The notes beneath the pieces are model-generated. The model saw only the letters and a list, made by a program, of their open reading frames with translations, was not told the origin of the DNA and did not search any database. DNA of 64,000 nucleotides, taken from contig OZ360225.1 of NCBI GenBank assembly GCA_977017645.1, positions 186,310,001 to 186,374,000 of the forward strand, read 5' to 3'. Of the stretch, positions 23,761 through 37,109 are shown piece after piece. Both the position numbers and the translations under genes were made by a program. This stretch comes from Torpedo marmorata. Lineage: Eukaryota. Position 1 is the stretch's first letter; each line of letters starts with the position of its first letter.

Positions 23761-25468
23761 CTATACTCCTCCAACAGCCATTAAGCTTATCAAGATGAGA
23801 GGCCTGTTCCACAAAACAACGTTCAGGAAGACTAGAGCCACTGTCTGCAGCCCATTTATAACTCTGTTTCCTTCCCTCTGATTCCATCCAGCTCTCTGGT
23901 CTCTGCTGAAGGTTGATCAAGCCCATTTTCTAATTTTGCATCTCACTTGATCCTGAATTGAATTTCAGAGACCTTAGTAAAGATCATAAAGGTAATCAAT
24001 TTCTACTACTGTGGTATTCTCTCTTGTGCAACATCAGCGGTAGGAAAGCGGCAAAATTTAAAAAAATAAATAAAAAATTCTACCACTGTAACATTAATTT
24101 TGTTCCTGTTTCAGTTCTGAAACCATTTCCATTACTTTGTTAAGTGACGATTTCAATGCAGACCTGGCCAGACACACACCTTCATGAACACCACCACAAA
24201 CCTGAAGTCAACCGAAACTAAGGTGTCCATATTACACCAACACAAAGTTCAGAGCACCAACTATCCCTGTGCTCACCAACCTCACCTACATTCGTCCTGT
24301 CTCGACTTTTTAGAATTCATACCTGCATAATCAAATTCCCCCATGGATTCCTCCCTCCATTTCTATACCCCTTTGCCCGACTACAACTGTATCAGAGCTT
24401 AGCTTTAATTTTCCATTTTTGGAGGATTATGTCACATTGGCCCATTCACTTTTGACTCAGCCATATCTGCTTTCCAATCACAATTACCCCCCCGTACGAT
24501 TACACTTGTCAGTTGTCTATTTATGGTCCTGTGAAAAGTATTGGGATGTTTGTCTGGGATGCAACTGTAAAGTGCAATTTTAATGCAAGTTGTTGTAGTA
24601 CTACAATCTGTGCTTATTTACTGAGGAGTAATTTATGTTTCATTTCAGGGAATTGTTACGAAACATTCACTCAAATTAATCCTGCTTGGGTCTCACATCA
24701 CCTGTACTGCTTTTATTTTCAAAACTGCGGGGCACTGTGGATCAATTAAACTGTCACCACTGAAACAGGGCCTTGCATCACAATGATGAAGATGGCAAGT
24801 TCATCCAAAATATTAACATGTCTATCAGATAATGACTGATTGCCTACTGTGCACTTCCAACAGTGTTTGTTGTTATTCACAAAATGGATGGGAGGAGGCT
24901 CAGTATTAACTGTGAATTCAATACTGAATCAAAATGAAATAATTTATTAAAAAAGCATGGTGACAATGGCAAATAGATCAAGGAGAGAGGTGCTTCATTA
25001 TTTTAAAATAAAAAGGATGCTATTTACATTAGAATCATTGGGAATATTTGTTCATGTAGTGATAGCATTCGTCATCATACTTAGCTCCTGTTTAAAAATA
25101 TGCTTACAGTTTTGCTAAGAGTGAATCCATGGGAATATGTTATCTGCGCGGTTGAATGTGGCAGCAAATCAAATTTACCAAACCCACTGTTTGGATACAG
25201 CACTGACGTGTTGCACCAATTATGCCTTTTCTCCAGGGCTTTGGGAAGTTGGGGAAACCACAAAAATTCTGCCTCAAGGAATTAGACGAGGGCTCGTGCA
25301 TAACCTATTTAAAACAAAGGATCTACAATTTGTCATCGCTCAAATGGGGTATTGCAGTATAATGGTCATGCATTGAACTAATCTGCAATAACAATTTTTC
25401 ATCAGTATTCACTCAGGAAAAGGGCACAGAGTCGTGGGAAGTAAGGAAAACAAGCAGTGAGGTCATGG

Positions 25469-28400
25469 CAGAACTTGTCCTCACTCTCAATAACTTCTCC
25501 TTCAACTCATCCCACTTCCTCCAAATCAAAGGAGTAGCCATGGGTACCCGCATGGGTCCCAGCTACGCCTGCCTGTTTGTGGGCTTTGTGGAGCAATCCA
25601 TGCTGCAAGCCTACACAGGCAAGACCCCATATCTATTCCTCCGTTATATCGACGACTACATCGGGGCTGCCTCATGCACCCGCGATGAGCTTGTCAACTT
25701 CATCCACTTCGCATCCAACTTCCACCACGATCTCAAACTCACCTGGTTCATCTCCGATAACACCCTCCCCTTCCTGGATCTCTGTCTCCATCTCAGGAGA
25801 CAAGCTTTCCACCGATATTTACTACAAACCCTCTAACTCCCACAACTATCTGGACTACACTTCCTCACACCCTGTCCCCTGCAAGGATTCCATCCCATAT
25901 AACATTTACAGCACAGAAACAGGCCAGTTCGGCCCTTCGAGTCCATGCTGAACACATTCTCCCGCCTAGTCCCACTGACCCGCACCCGGCCCATAACCCT
26001 CCACACCTCTCTCGTCCATATACCTATCCAACTTTTCCTTAAACATTAAAATTGAACCTGCATCTACCACTTCGGCCGGAAGCTCGTTCCACCCTCCTAC
26101 CACCCTCTGAGTGAAGAAATTCCCCCTCATGTTTCCTCTAAACTTTTCCCCCTTCAATCTCAATCCATGCCCTCTTGTTTGAACCTTCCCCTCTCTCAAT
26201 GGAAAAAGCCTGTCCACATTGACTCTATCGTTCACCTTCATAATTTTAAATACCTCCATCAAATCACCCCTCAACCTTCTACGCTCCAGGGAATAAAGTC
26301 CCAGCCTGTTCAACCTTTCCCTATAACTCAAACCCAGGCAACATTCTTGTAAATCTCCTCTGCACTCTCTCTATTCTGTTTATATCCTTCCTGTAATTCG
26401 GCGACCAAAACTGCACACAATATTCCAAATTTGGCCTCACCAATGCCTTATACAACTTCAACATAACATCCCAACTCCGATATTCAATGCTCTGATTTAT
26501 GAAGGCCAACATACCAAATGCCTTCTTCACCACCCTATCTACGTGTGACTCAACTTTCAGGGAATTATGCACCAGAATTGCTAAATCCATCTGTTCTACT
26601 GCACTTCTCAATTGTCTTCCATTTAACATGTATGACCTTTGCTGATTGATCCCACCAAAATGTAGCACCTCACATTTATCAGTATTAAATTCCATCTGCC
26701 ATGTTTCCGCCCACTCTTCTAACTGTCCAATATCCCCCTGCAAGCTTTGATATCCTTCTTCACTGTCCACAACACCACCAATCTTCGTATCATCTGCATA
26801 CTTACTAATCCAATTTACCACCCTATCATCTAGATCATTAATATATATGACAAACAACAATGGACCCAGTACCGATCCCTGAGGCACTCCACTAGTCACT
26901 GGCCTCCAATTTGACAAACAATTTTCCACCACTACTCTCTGGCATCTCCTATCCAACCATTGTTGAATCCATTTCACTACTTCGTCGTTAATACCTAATG
27001 CTTGAACCTTCCTAACGAGCCTCTTATGTGGAACCTTGTCAAATGCCTTACTAAAGTCCATATAGACAACATCCACAGCCTTCCCCTCGTCAACCCTCTT
27101 AGTAACCTCATCGGAAAAACTCTATGAGATTTGTCAAACATGATCTACCACAAACAAAACCGTGTTGACTACTCCTAATCAATGCTTATCTTTCCAAATA
27201 ACTGTATACACCATCTCTAAGAACACTCTCCATTAATTTACCCACCACCGATGTCAGACTCACAGGCCTATAATTTCCACGTTTACTTTTGGAGCCCTTC
27301 TTAAACAGTGGGACAACATGAGCTACCCTCCAATCCTCCGTCAGAGCCCCCACTATTTGTACACTAACCTCCCTCAGGGTCCTCGGGAATATCCTGTCAG
27401 GACCTGGAGATTTATCCACCTTTATACTCTTTAAAATAGCCAATACTACCTCCTCATTAATCTTTATATTATCCATGACCTCCCTGCCAGATTGCCTTAC
27501 TTCACCTGGCTCAATATTCCTTTCCGTTGTAAATACTGAAGAAAAAAATTCATTAAAAATCTCCCCCATCTCCTCTGACTTCTCACATAGCCTACCTGTC
27601 TGATCCTCAATGGGCCCAATTTTATCCCTCACTATTCTTTTGCTTTTAATGTACCTGTAGAAACCCTTTGGGTTTATTTTTATCTCGCCTGCCAAAGCAG
27701 CCTCATATCTCCTTTTAGCCTTTCTAATTTCTTTCTTAAGATTTTTTTTACACTCCTTATATTCCTCAAGGACCTCATCTATTCCCTGCTGTCTATACCT
27801 GTTGTACACATCCCTCTTCCTCCGAACCAAATTCCCAATATCCTTTGAAAACCAAGGCTCTCTATATTTTCTAACTCTTCCTTTAATCCTCACAGGGACG
27901 AACCGACTCTGTACTCTCAAAATTTCCCCTTTGAATATCCTCCATTTATCTGTGACATCCTTTCCAAAAATAAATTATCCCAATCCACACCCTCTAAATC
28001 CTTCCTCACACTCATCTCCTTATTCCAATCAAGAATCTCAACCTTCTCTCAACTTCTCCGTCTCTGCCGCATCTGTTCCCAAGATGAGGTGTTCCAGTCC
28101 AGATCTTCTGAATTGTCTGCCTTTTTCCACAAACGTGGCTTCCCCTCCACCACCATCAACTCAGCCCTCACCTGCATCTCCTCCATTTCCCGCTCAAATG
28201 CCCTGGCCCCCTCAGCCCCCAGACGCAACAAACAGAATCCCCCTCATCCTCACCTACCACCCCACCAGCCTCCGCATCCAACACATTATCCGCCGGAATT
28301 TCCGGCACGTACTACAGGATCCCACCACCAGACACATTTTTCCTTCTCCTCCCCTCTCGGCCTTCTGTAGGGACCGCTCCCTCCGCGATTTCCTCGTGCA

Positions 28401-29109
28401 CTCATCCCTCCCCACCCATCGCACCCCCGGCACCTTCCCCTCCGCCCACACCTTCCCCTCACCACTGTCCGGGGCCCCAAACAGGCCTTTCAAGTGAAAC
28501 TACACTTCACTTGTACATCCAGAGAACTTATTTACTGCATCCAGTGCTCCCTTTGTGGCTTTCTCTACATCGGAGAGACCGGTCGTAGATTGGGAGATCG
28601 CTTTGCTGAGCACCTCCTCTCCGTCCGCAACAACAGTGACCTCCCAGTAGCCAACCAGTTCAATTCCGAGTCACACTCCCACACTCACATGTCTGTCCAT
28701 GGCCTTATGTACTATCCCACCCAGACTACCCGCAAATTGGAGGAACAACATCTCATTTTCCGTCTGGGCACTCTCCAGCCAGATGGCATTAACATTGACT
28801 TTTCTGCTTTCCACTAAACCTGCTTGTCGTTTCCTTCCCCTCCCCCCTCACCTGTCCTTCCTGTTTTTTTCCACCCACCCAGCCATCCCTCCTCCCCCTC
28901 TTTGCTGCTGTCCCCTCCCTCCTTTTTCCACCTATCATCTCCTGCCTTTGCCACCCCTTCCCCCCTCACTCCTTTGTTCGGACGCCTGCCGGCATTTTCT
29001 CATACTTTGATGAAGGGCTCAAGCCCGAAACGTCGGTTATGTATTTCTACCTTTGCTACATAAAAGACACTGTTTGACCTGCTGAGTTTCTCCAGCATTT
29101 GTGTTTTTT
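25469..29109 (+). mobile_element. 5'-truncated Penelope-like element (RT 25469-25897 and 28044-28490; GIY-YIG endonuclease to 28817; 3' tail)
   Basis: GVAMGTRMGPSYACLFVG, RYIDD, IYCIQCSLCGFLYIGETGRRLGDRFAEHL...GIN. 9-bp TSD AGGTCATGG at 25460-25468 and 29110-29118. Confidence 0.93.
25898..28043 (-). mobile_element. CR1 LINE (inner layer), ORF2 with frameshifts
   Basis: ORFs 27186-27920, 26321-27076 and 25966-26331: KSPGPD, NYRPVSLTS, DFSKAFDKVPH, YADDTK. The Penelope frame KDSIP|FSQLLR is split exactly here. Confidence 0.95.
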
Positions 29110-31829
29110 AGGTCATGGAACCTATACAGATTAAAAACGAGTAAGTGCTTGCTGTCTTAAAGCAAATAAAGGTGGATAAATCCCCAGGGCCTGACAAGAT
29201 ATTCCCTCGGACCTTTAGGGAGGCTAGTGTAGAAATTACAGGGGCTCTGGCAGAAATATTTAAAAATGTCCTTAGCCACGGGTGTGGTGCCAGAGGATTA
29301 GAGGGTAGCTCACGTTGTTCCGTTATTTAAAAAAGGCTCCAAAAGTAACCCTGGAAATTATAGGCCAGTGAGCCTGACGTCAGTAGTAGGTAAATTATTG
29401 GAAGGTGTTCTAAGAGATCGGATATACAATTATTTGGATAGCCAGGGACTGATTAGGTATAGTCAACATGGCTTTGTGCATGGTAGTTCGTGTTTAACCA
29501 ATCTTATAGAGTTTTTCGAGGAGGTTACCAGGAAAGTTGATGAAGGAAAGGCTGTGAATGTTGTCTACATGGACGTTAGTAAGGCCTTTGGCAAGGTCCC
29601 GCATGGGAAGTTAGTCAGGAAGGTTCAGACGCTAGGTATTCATGGTGAAGTAGTGAACTGGATTCGACAATGGCTGGACGTGAGAAGCCAGAGAGTAGTG
29701 GTGGATGATTGCTTCTCAGACTGGAGGCCTGTGACTAGTGGTGTGCCTCAGGGATCAGTGCTGGGACCATTGTTGTTTGTCATCTATATCAATGATCTGG
29801 ATGATAATGTGGTAAACTGGATCAGCAAGTTTGCAGATGACACTAAGATTGGAGGTGTTGTGGACAGCGAAGAAGGATTTCAAAGCTTGCAGAGGGATCT
29901 GGACCAGCTGGAACAATGGGCTGATAAATGGCAGATGGAATTTAATGCAGACAAGTGTGAGGTGTTGCATTTTGGAAGGACAAACCTAGAAAGGACATAC
30001 ACGGTAAATGGTAGGGCACTGAGGAGTGCGGTAGAACAGAGGGATCTGGGAATGCAGATACATAATTCCCTGAAAGTGGCGTCACAGGTGGATAGGGTTG
30101 TAAAGAGAGCTTTTGGCATATTGGCCTTCATAAATCAAAGTATTGAGTACAGGAGTTGGGATGTTATGTTAAAGTTGTATAAGACATTGGTGAGGCTAAA
30201 TTTGGAGTTTGGTCACCTAACTAAAGGAAAGATATCAATAAGATAGAAAGAGTGCAGAGAAGATTTACTAGGATGTTGCCCAGACTTCAGGAACTGAGTT
30301 ACAGAGAAAGGTTAAACAGGTTAGGACTTTATTCCCTGGAGCGTAGAAGAATGAGGGGAGATTTGATAGAAGTATTTAAAATTATGAGGGGGATAGACAG
30401 AGTAAATGTAGATAGGTTTTTTCCACTGAGGCTGGGTGAGATATAAACCAGAGGACATGGGTTAAGAGTGAAAGGGGAAATATTTTGGGGGAACATGAGG
30501 GGGGAATTTCTTCACACAAAGAGTGGTGGGGGTGTGGAACGAGCTTTGAATGCGGGCTCAATTTTAACATTTAAGAGGAATTTGGACAGGTACATGGATG
30601 GGAGAGGTATGGAGGGCTATGGACTGGGTGCAGATCAGTGGGACTAGGCAGAAAAAAAAATGGTTCAACACAGACTAGAAGGGCCGAAGAGGCCTTTTCC
30701 TGTGCTGTAATGTTCTATGGTTCTAATAGAGATTGATGTTCAAATCTTACCTCATCAGTTGGGGAACATATATTTAATTGAGTAATATTAAAATTGTTTT
30801 TTTGACCTTTGAAAGGAAAGCTGCCGTCTTTATGAGCAACTCCAAATCCACATGCTTTTAACTGACATCTTTAATGGTCCATCAAACTTCCCCTTTATGG
30901 GCATGAAGAAATAAAGACATGGGGAATAAATGCTGGCCTTGCTAGCAATGCCAATTTAATGTAAAGGAACAGAAGAGTGATTGAAAAGGGATATTAAGGA
31001 GGCATGTAAGACACTAAGTGGATTGGAAAACGTTACTATTAATTAAACACCAAGAGAACTGACTTACAAAGTAGTAAAATGCAGGTTCAGGACTTATCTC
31101 AGGAAACACTTCTCCAAAAGAAATGAAATCCTGAAACAGCCATTGGATAGAATAACAGAGGAAGAATCTTTGGAATCACTCAAAAGCCAGATGGATTCTT
31201 TGGCAGGCAGAAATGTTTCGTTGAAAGGCTGCACTGCATGAGCTTAATGGGTCAAATGCAGAAAATAGCTTCTGTGTACCAACTTAATCAAATTTTTTTC
31301 TTTGACATCTATGATCATTGGGAGTACCGTCCGAGTATTTTTTGTTTTAAAAACCTAAGACATACCACAACACTTATTTTGATATCATAAACATTGAGGG
31401 CAAAAGTTGAGGAAATATCAAGAATCGAGAACTGTTAAATAAATTCTTTGAAAATAACAAATACATTTTAGATTCAGACATTTTGATATTTGAGTTCAAA
31501 TGTATGTTAAAATCAACAAATCATTCTTGGAATGAAGAAATGAAGTATTGCAGATGTTGGAAATTCAATAAATAATGTTAACTCAAATATATCATATCTT
31601 TCCCTTTCACAGTAGAGGTATTAACCCAATCAAAATAAACTAGTTTTTATTAAATTATTTATAGAGGCAACATTTTTACCTACAGCAAAATATCAGAGTA
31701 GGCTATTTGGTAGAAAAACATTCAGCAATTGTGCAACCTCAGTTTCAGATTTAAAAATCTATAAAGCATCCAGATCTGAGGGGTTGGATCCTCAAAGCAA
31801 TCAAAGATTAATTTGTAGTTATTTATAGG

Positions 31830-34480
31830 AGAACCATACATATTATTGGAATTTTCTGCAAAGTACTGGAGGGTAACAAAGAGAAGTTAGGAAAGCATTG
31901 GCCAGTTAATCTCATTATAGGAAGCATTAAACAAAAGACCATGCAAAACTGAGATTTCCTGAAACTGTCTCACTACATGATTGCATGATTACATGGTCTA
32001 ATGAATGGCTCAAAAACCTGGAACATTTTTCAGTTGAGCAGAGAACATGAATGAGGGATGTAAACCATTCCAAATTAAGAAAGATTAACAGACATAAAAT
32101 AGTGTTCTGAATGTTCTCCAAAGGATTATGGGGACAGTTAAAATATATTGTGAGAAATCCAATCCTTTAACAATAACAATCAGTGTTATGTTATTGACAA
32201 TTGATTTTTCCTGGGGTAAAATGCAATGAGTTCTTCTGAGTCATTTTACGATACTCCAGAGATTTAATCAGGCCTTCTGGGCTTGAGATAAGTCTGCATT
32301 ACTGGCACAAATGTCCCTTCAATCACACAGAGAATTCCCCTGTTACACTATTTTGAAGAACTGCAGGTAACTTGGACTAAGTAGTCCCCAATATGGACAT
32401 TATTAGTTTAGTCATGTTGAGCGAACACATGCTGGATTGGGAACCTATAAAGCACTTTGATAATCCTTTAGATCCCTACCCCAAGATTTTGCCTGCTGTC
32501 CCATTGATGACCAAGTCATGGTCTTTTGATCCCTTAATCCTCCAGGACCCCCCCCCCCCAATCCTCCCGACTCCACCGCCGCCACCTCCAGACCCTCTAA
32601 TCTTCCCATAAATCTAATGCTCTCTAATCTGCCTAATATACCCATAATCCCACTCATCTTCTTGGCATTCCTCCTCAGCTTCTGACAGAATCCTTTGTTT
32701 CCACCCATACATCTGGCCACATTACTGACCACTGTACGACAACAGGATCTTTTCCTTCCAGACACCAGCAGACCCAATCCTTTCAGTTTATCCGCCTTCA
32801 AAGGCTTGAATTCTTCCAGGTGGCCCTCTTACCGCCTGTGATTGCAGGGATAGTTTCTTCCTGACTCTCTTCACATCCTGACTGCAGGCACAGATTGTTC
32901 CAGGTGATCCTCACCCAATCATCGTCATCAGACCACATGCCCGAACCTCACTAACCCCAACAACCCCACCCCCAGATCAACCATGGTCCTTGAAGGGCAC
33001 AGTAAGAACAACAGCCTGGGCTCAACTGAAATTGCTGGTATGTGGTCCATGGCTGAAACCATCCTTGATTATCCTCATTGCCAGACAAGTCATTTGAGTG
33101 AGCTACAACTTCTAGGCAAGGTTTCTCTTGAATAACAGGGAGGTCATGTTTCTTCAAAAGACATGAGATAAGTACTTGGAAGTGACAATTATAAAAGGAT
33201 TCAAACCATAGATAATAGTAAAGCAGTATTTTCTTATTTTAGAAGCCTTCTCCTAACGACTGGTTTCTGAATGGCTACAATCTCTACATTTTTACATGTG
33301 AGAATTGTGCTTGAAGACTGGAAGTTAGTGGTTCTCAATATATTCAAAAAGAAGTGCGGTTGGAAGGAGGTTAATTGTATGGAAATTGTTCTATTGCACT
33401 TTATGGCACAATTTTAATGTTCATCTCAACAATGCAAAGACAATTAAAAGATATGGAATAGTCAGCTTGGTTTTAAAGTCAATGGGTTATGCTTCATAAA
33501 TCCACAGATATTCTTTGAGGAGGAGGTAACTTAATTAAAACACAAGAGCTGTTTAGTCGATGTAATTCAAATTTGCATTTTTAGAAGTTGCTTGATAAAA
33601 TGTGGAAGGTCTTTAAGTAATTAATTAACTATGCAGAACAATGGGTTGAGAATAGTGAGCAAGAAGTATTAATGGCCATAAACCCCATCTCAGAAGCAGT
33701 AAACAGTAGTTTCATGGGGCATGTTCTTAGACTCTTGATATTCTCAATATCTATAAATGAGGTGCTGGAGAAATTATTGGAATACTTGCTAATGATGCCA
33801 AAATTTACAGGTAGATATTCAGAATGATTTGTAGCCTTCAAGACATTTGGATAAATTGAGTGAACAAGGGATGAAAAATAATTTTTAATTTGATAATGAA
33901 TATGAAATTACACGCAAGTATGAAACAAGACATACACAGTGGGATGACTGTTGTCACAGGACTTGTAAAACTCACGATTAAACACCACACCTAGGGGTAA
34001 TTTTCTTAACTCTGCTCCCAGTATGAAGTTTTGCCTACTAGGAATGTGTATCAGCCATCTACGTACACACCCTCCAAAGTATTCTACTCATCATATCAAT
34101 TTTAGTGGATGGAAAATCAAGAATTCTCAATGTGTGCTTTCAGCAAAATCAAACTAGGAGCACAAGGTCATAAAATCAGCCCTTTAGACGTCTGTGTACA
34201 ATTTTCATTATCCTACCTTCAACGGTACACTGACACATTGGAGAGAGTTCAGGGAGGAGCGACTAGGATTATTCTGGGATTTAGGGCTCTATAGATTAGA
34301 AACAAAAGATACCAAGATCTGAATTTATTTTCGTTGAAGAAAAGTCGATTAAGGGACATACAGACAGAAACAGATTATTCAACGTGGATTTCAGTCAAGA
34401 ATTGAGAGGATGCAAATACAAAATTAGCCAGACCCCCTTGAAGCAGAGATTATAAGATTTTCTCCCCACTGAGACATTAA
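31830..34480 (+). mobile_element. Very old CR1 remnants, interrupted at about 32240-33270 by unclassified sequence
   Basis: ggccagttaatctca, gctaatgatgccaaa, gacacattggagagagttcagggaggagcgactagg (TLERVQGGATRII). Confidence 0.55.
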
Positions 34481-35451
34481 TTGAGTTACATAAAATCTAA
34501 AGCAGAACAAAATATTCAGGATCTGGAGAGGAAATATGCTAAATTGATTTTCTAAACTGTTGGAAATTAGAATCCAAAAATATTAACAATTTAAATGCTT
34601 CTGCTGAATGGTTTATCAGAAATGCTAACATTAATTTGTATTAAATAAGTGCAAAATAATTCTTGTATTATAATTCTGTAGTTACTACTCAAGCAAACAG
34701 TCTATTATAAATCTGAAGGCAAAAGCTCCCCATATTGACTTCCAATAGTGACATTATATGTGCAACTTCCTGGAAAATCTCCTGCGAAAATTACTCCAAC
34801 CAAATTACCCAGCCATGTGTGACCTTGCCTGTGACAAGAACTCAGAAAATGTTCAATAGCTCTGCTATAAATTTTACACCTTGGGCTAATCTCTATCGGT
34901 TTGCAAAGTTGGCATCTGGGTACTTTTCTCCTACAGTACAAAAAAAATCTTCTTGATAATCTTTCAGTAAATGTGGAACTCGTACAAATCTTCATGTGCA
35001 AATCCAGAAAGCTAGTTGTCAGGAATGAAGTTGTATTAGCAACATAACCAATTCTATTCCACTACTGGCCCAACACGCTCATTTTCCACCAGGGAATACC
35101 CAATTAACAATGAACACTTGGTTCATATTTCCTCCACAGTCTTGGGAGCACCAGGGCCAATTGGTGCATTCCAAATTCCACAATGTTAAAAATCCACAAT
35201 TCCAGATTCTACGACAGCATAGACCAAAATCCATGCTGCACTGTTACCAATAAAACAAGGTTTCACAAACATTTGCTAAAAGAAGCATCCATGTTCTGTT
35301 CCATGCATTTTTCTGGCTTTTCTATGTATCGTCCATCAATTTTAAGGTGCAAGAGCTCTCACAGAAATCCCAACCTGGGCTGTTATGCCCCTTTCAGTGT
35401 TTACTGAAACTGGGAAGCTCTGCTGGTTGCTGTTAATTTTAACTCCTGTGG

Positions 35452-36600
35452 AGGTTCCGCATGGAAGGTTAGTGAGGAAGGTGCAGTCTTTAGGTATAGA
35501 TTCTGAGGTAGTCAAATGGATTGAACATTGGCTGGAGGGGAGAGGCCAGAGAGTGGTAGTGGATAATTGTTTGTCAGGTTGGAAGCCCGTGACAAGCGGT
35601 GTGCCTCAGGGATCTGTATTGGGCCCATTGTTGTTTGTTATATATATCAATGATCTAGATGATGGGGTGGTAAACTGGATTAGTAAATATGCAGATGATA
35701 CCAAGATAGGTGGAATAGTGGATAATGAAGAAGGTTTTCAAGGATTGCAGAAGGATTTGGGCTGCTTAGAAAAGTGGGCTGAAAAATGGCAGATGGAGTT
35801 TAATGCTGATAAGTGTGAGGTGCTTCATTTTGGAAAGAAGAATCAGAACAGGACATATGTAGTAAATGGGAGAGCATTGATGAATACAGAAGAGCAGAAA
35901 GATTTAGGAATAACGGTGCATCGTTCCCTGAAGGTGGAAACTCATGTGAATAGGGTGGTGAAGAAGGCTTTTAGTATGCTGGCCTTCATCAATCAATGCA
36001 TAGAATATAGGAGTTGGGAAGTGATGTTGAGATTATATAAGGCTTTGGTGCGGCCTAATTTAGAGTTCTGTGTGCAGTTCTGGTCGCCAAATTATAGGAA
36101 GGATATCAACAAATTGGAGAGAGTGCAGAGAAGGTTTACCAGAATGTTACCTGGGTTTAAGAATTTAGAGTACAAGGAGAGATTGAGCAGATTAGGTCTT
36201 TATTCTTTGGAGCGTAGAAGGTTGAGAGGGGATTTGATAGAGGTATTTAAAATTATGAAAGGGATAGACAGAGTGGATGTGGATAGACTATTTCCATTAA
36301 GAATAGGAGAGATTGAAACAAGAGGACATGAGCTAAGAGTTAAGGGGCAGAGGTTTAGAGGTAACATGAGGGGGAACTTCTTTACTCAGAGAGTGGTAGC
36401 TGTGTGGAATGAGCTTCCGGGAGAAGTAGTGGCGGCAGAGTCAATTTTAGTATTTAAGAAAAAGTTGGACAAGTATATGGATGTGAGGGAAGTGGAGGGT
36501 TATGGGCAGGGTGCAGGTAGGTGGGACTAGATAGGAATGTTTTGGTTCGGTGCGGACTGGAAGGGCCTAATGGCCTGTTTCCGTGCTGTAATTGTTATAT
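35452..36600 (+). mobile_element. Young 5'-truncated CR1 LINE with an uninterrupted ORF2 C-terminus
   Basis: Open frame from VPHGRL to ...GRWD* at 36530. GVPQGSVLGP, YADDTK. Tail gtgctgtaattgttatat. Confidence 0.95.
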
Positions 36601-37109
36601 CTCTCACTGTAACAGAACCTCAAACACAATTAACTAGCACTACATTCTCTATTTTCACATGTTGATTTCAGTGTAATAAAACCATTTTTACATAAAAAAC
36701 AGAACTACTTGTCCCTCAAATTATTTAATTTTTTTGTTATTTCCAAGAAAGACGGTTTACCCAATACAGTATCCATACATTAATTTGTGTATAGCAAAGT
36801 GAAATGAAACAATATTGAATGTTAAATATTAAAAGTGATAAAAACATTTAGTTACCTAGATTTTATCTGTAATTCCCAGTAATTTCTTCTTAATTTAACA
36901 CTCACAAATTGGAAGGCAAATATAAATGAGGGGAAAGAATGTTTATATCCTTCTTTCTGCTGTAATTATATAAAGTTTAGCCACCAATTCTTACTTGTGA
37001 AACTGTTGGATTAGAAATGGGAATCTCTACGACCTATTAATCAGAAGTGCCTGCAACTTGCAACTCCAAGAAGCATCAGTATACATGGATTAATACAGTA
37101 TGGTCTTTA

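Larger units (their letters stand above)
25395..30725 (+). mobile_element. CR1 LINE (outer layer: about 25395-25468 plus 29119-30725), split by a Penelope insertion
   Basis: Joining the halves restores ...caagcagtgaggtcatggaacctatacagatt.... RT motifs QHGF, GVPQGSVLGP, FADDTK. Tail tgttctatggttcta. Confidence 0.92.

Noticed and set aside
32393-32611. Poly-proline ORF (DPPPPILPTPPPPPPDP) as the missing BAI1 proline-rich exon
   Set aside because: It is on the + strand, opposite to ADGRB1, and arises from C-rich low-complexity sequence. The flanking exons already join without a gap (SSLE|RRKS).
35385-36530. 381-aa ORF as a host or domesticated gene
   Set aside because: It is a 5'-truncated CR1 RT C-terminus. 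The first ~22 codons are flanking DNA and close paralogs occur throughout the window.
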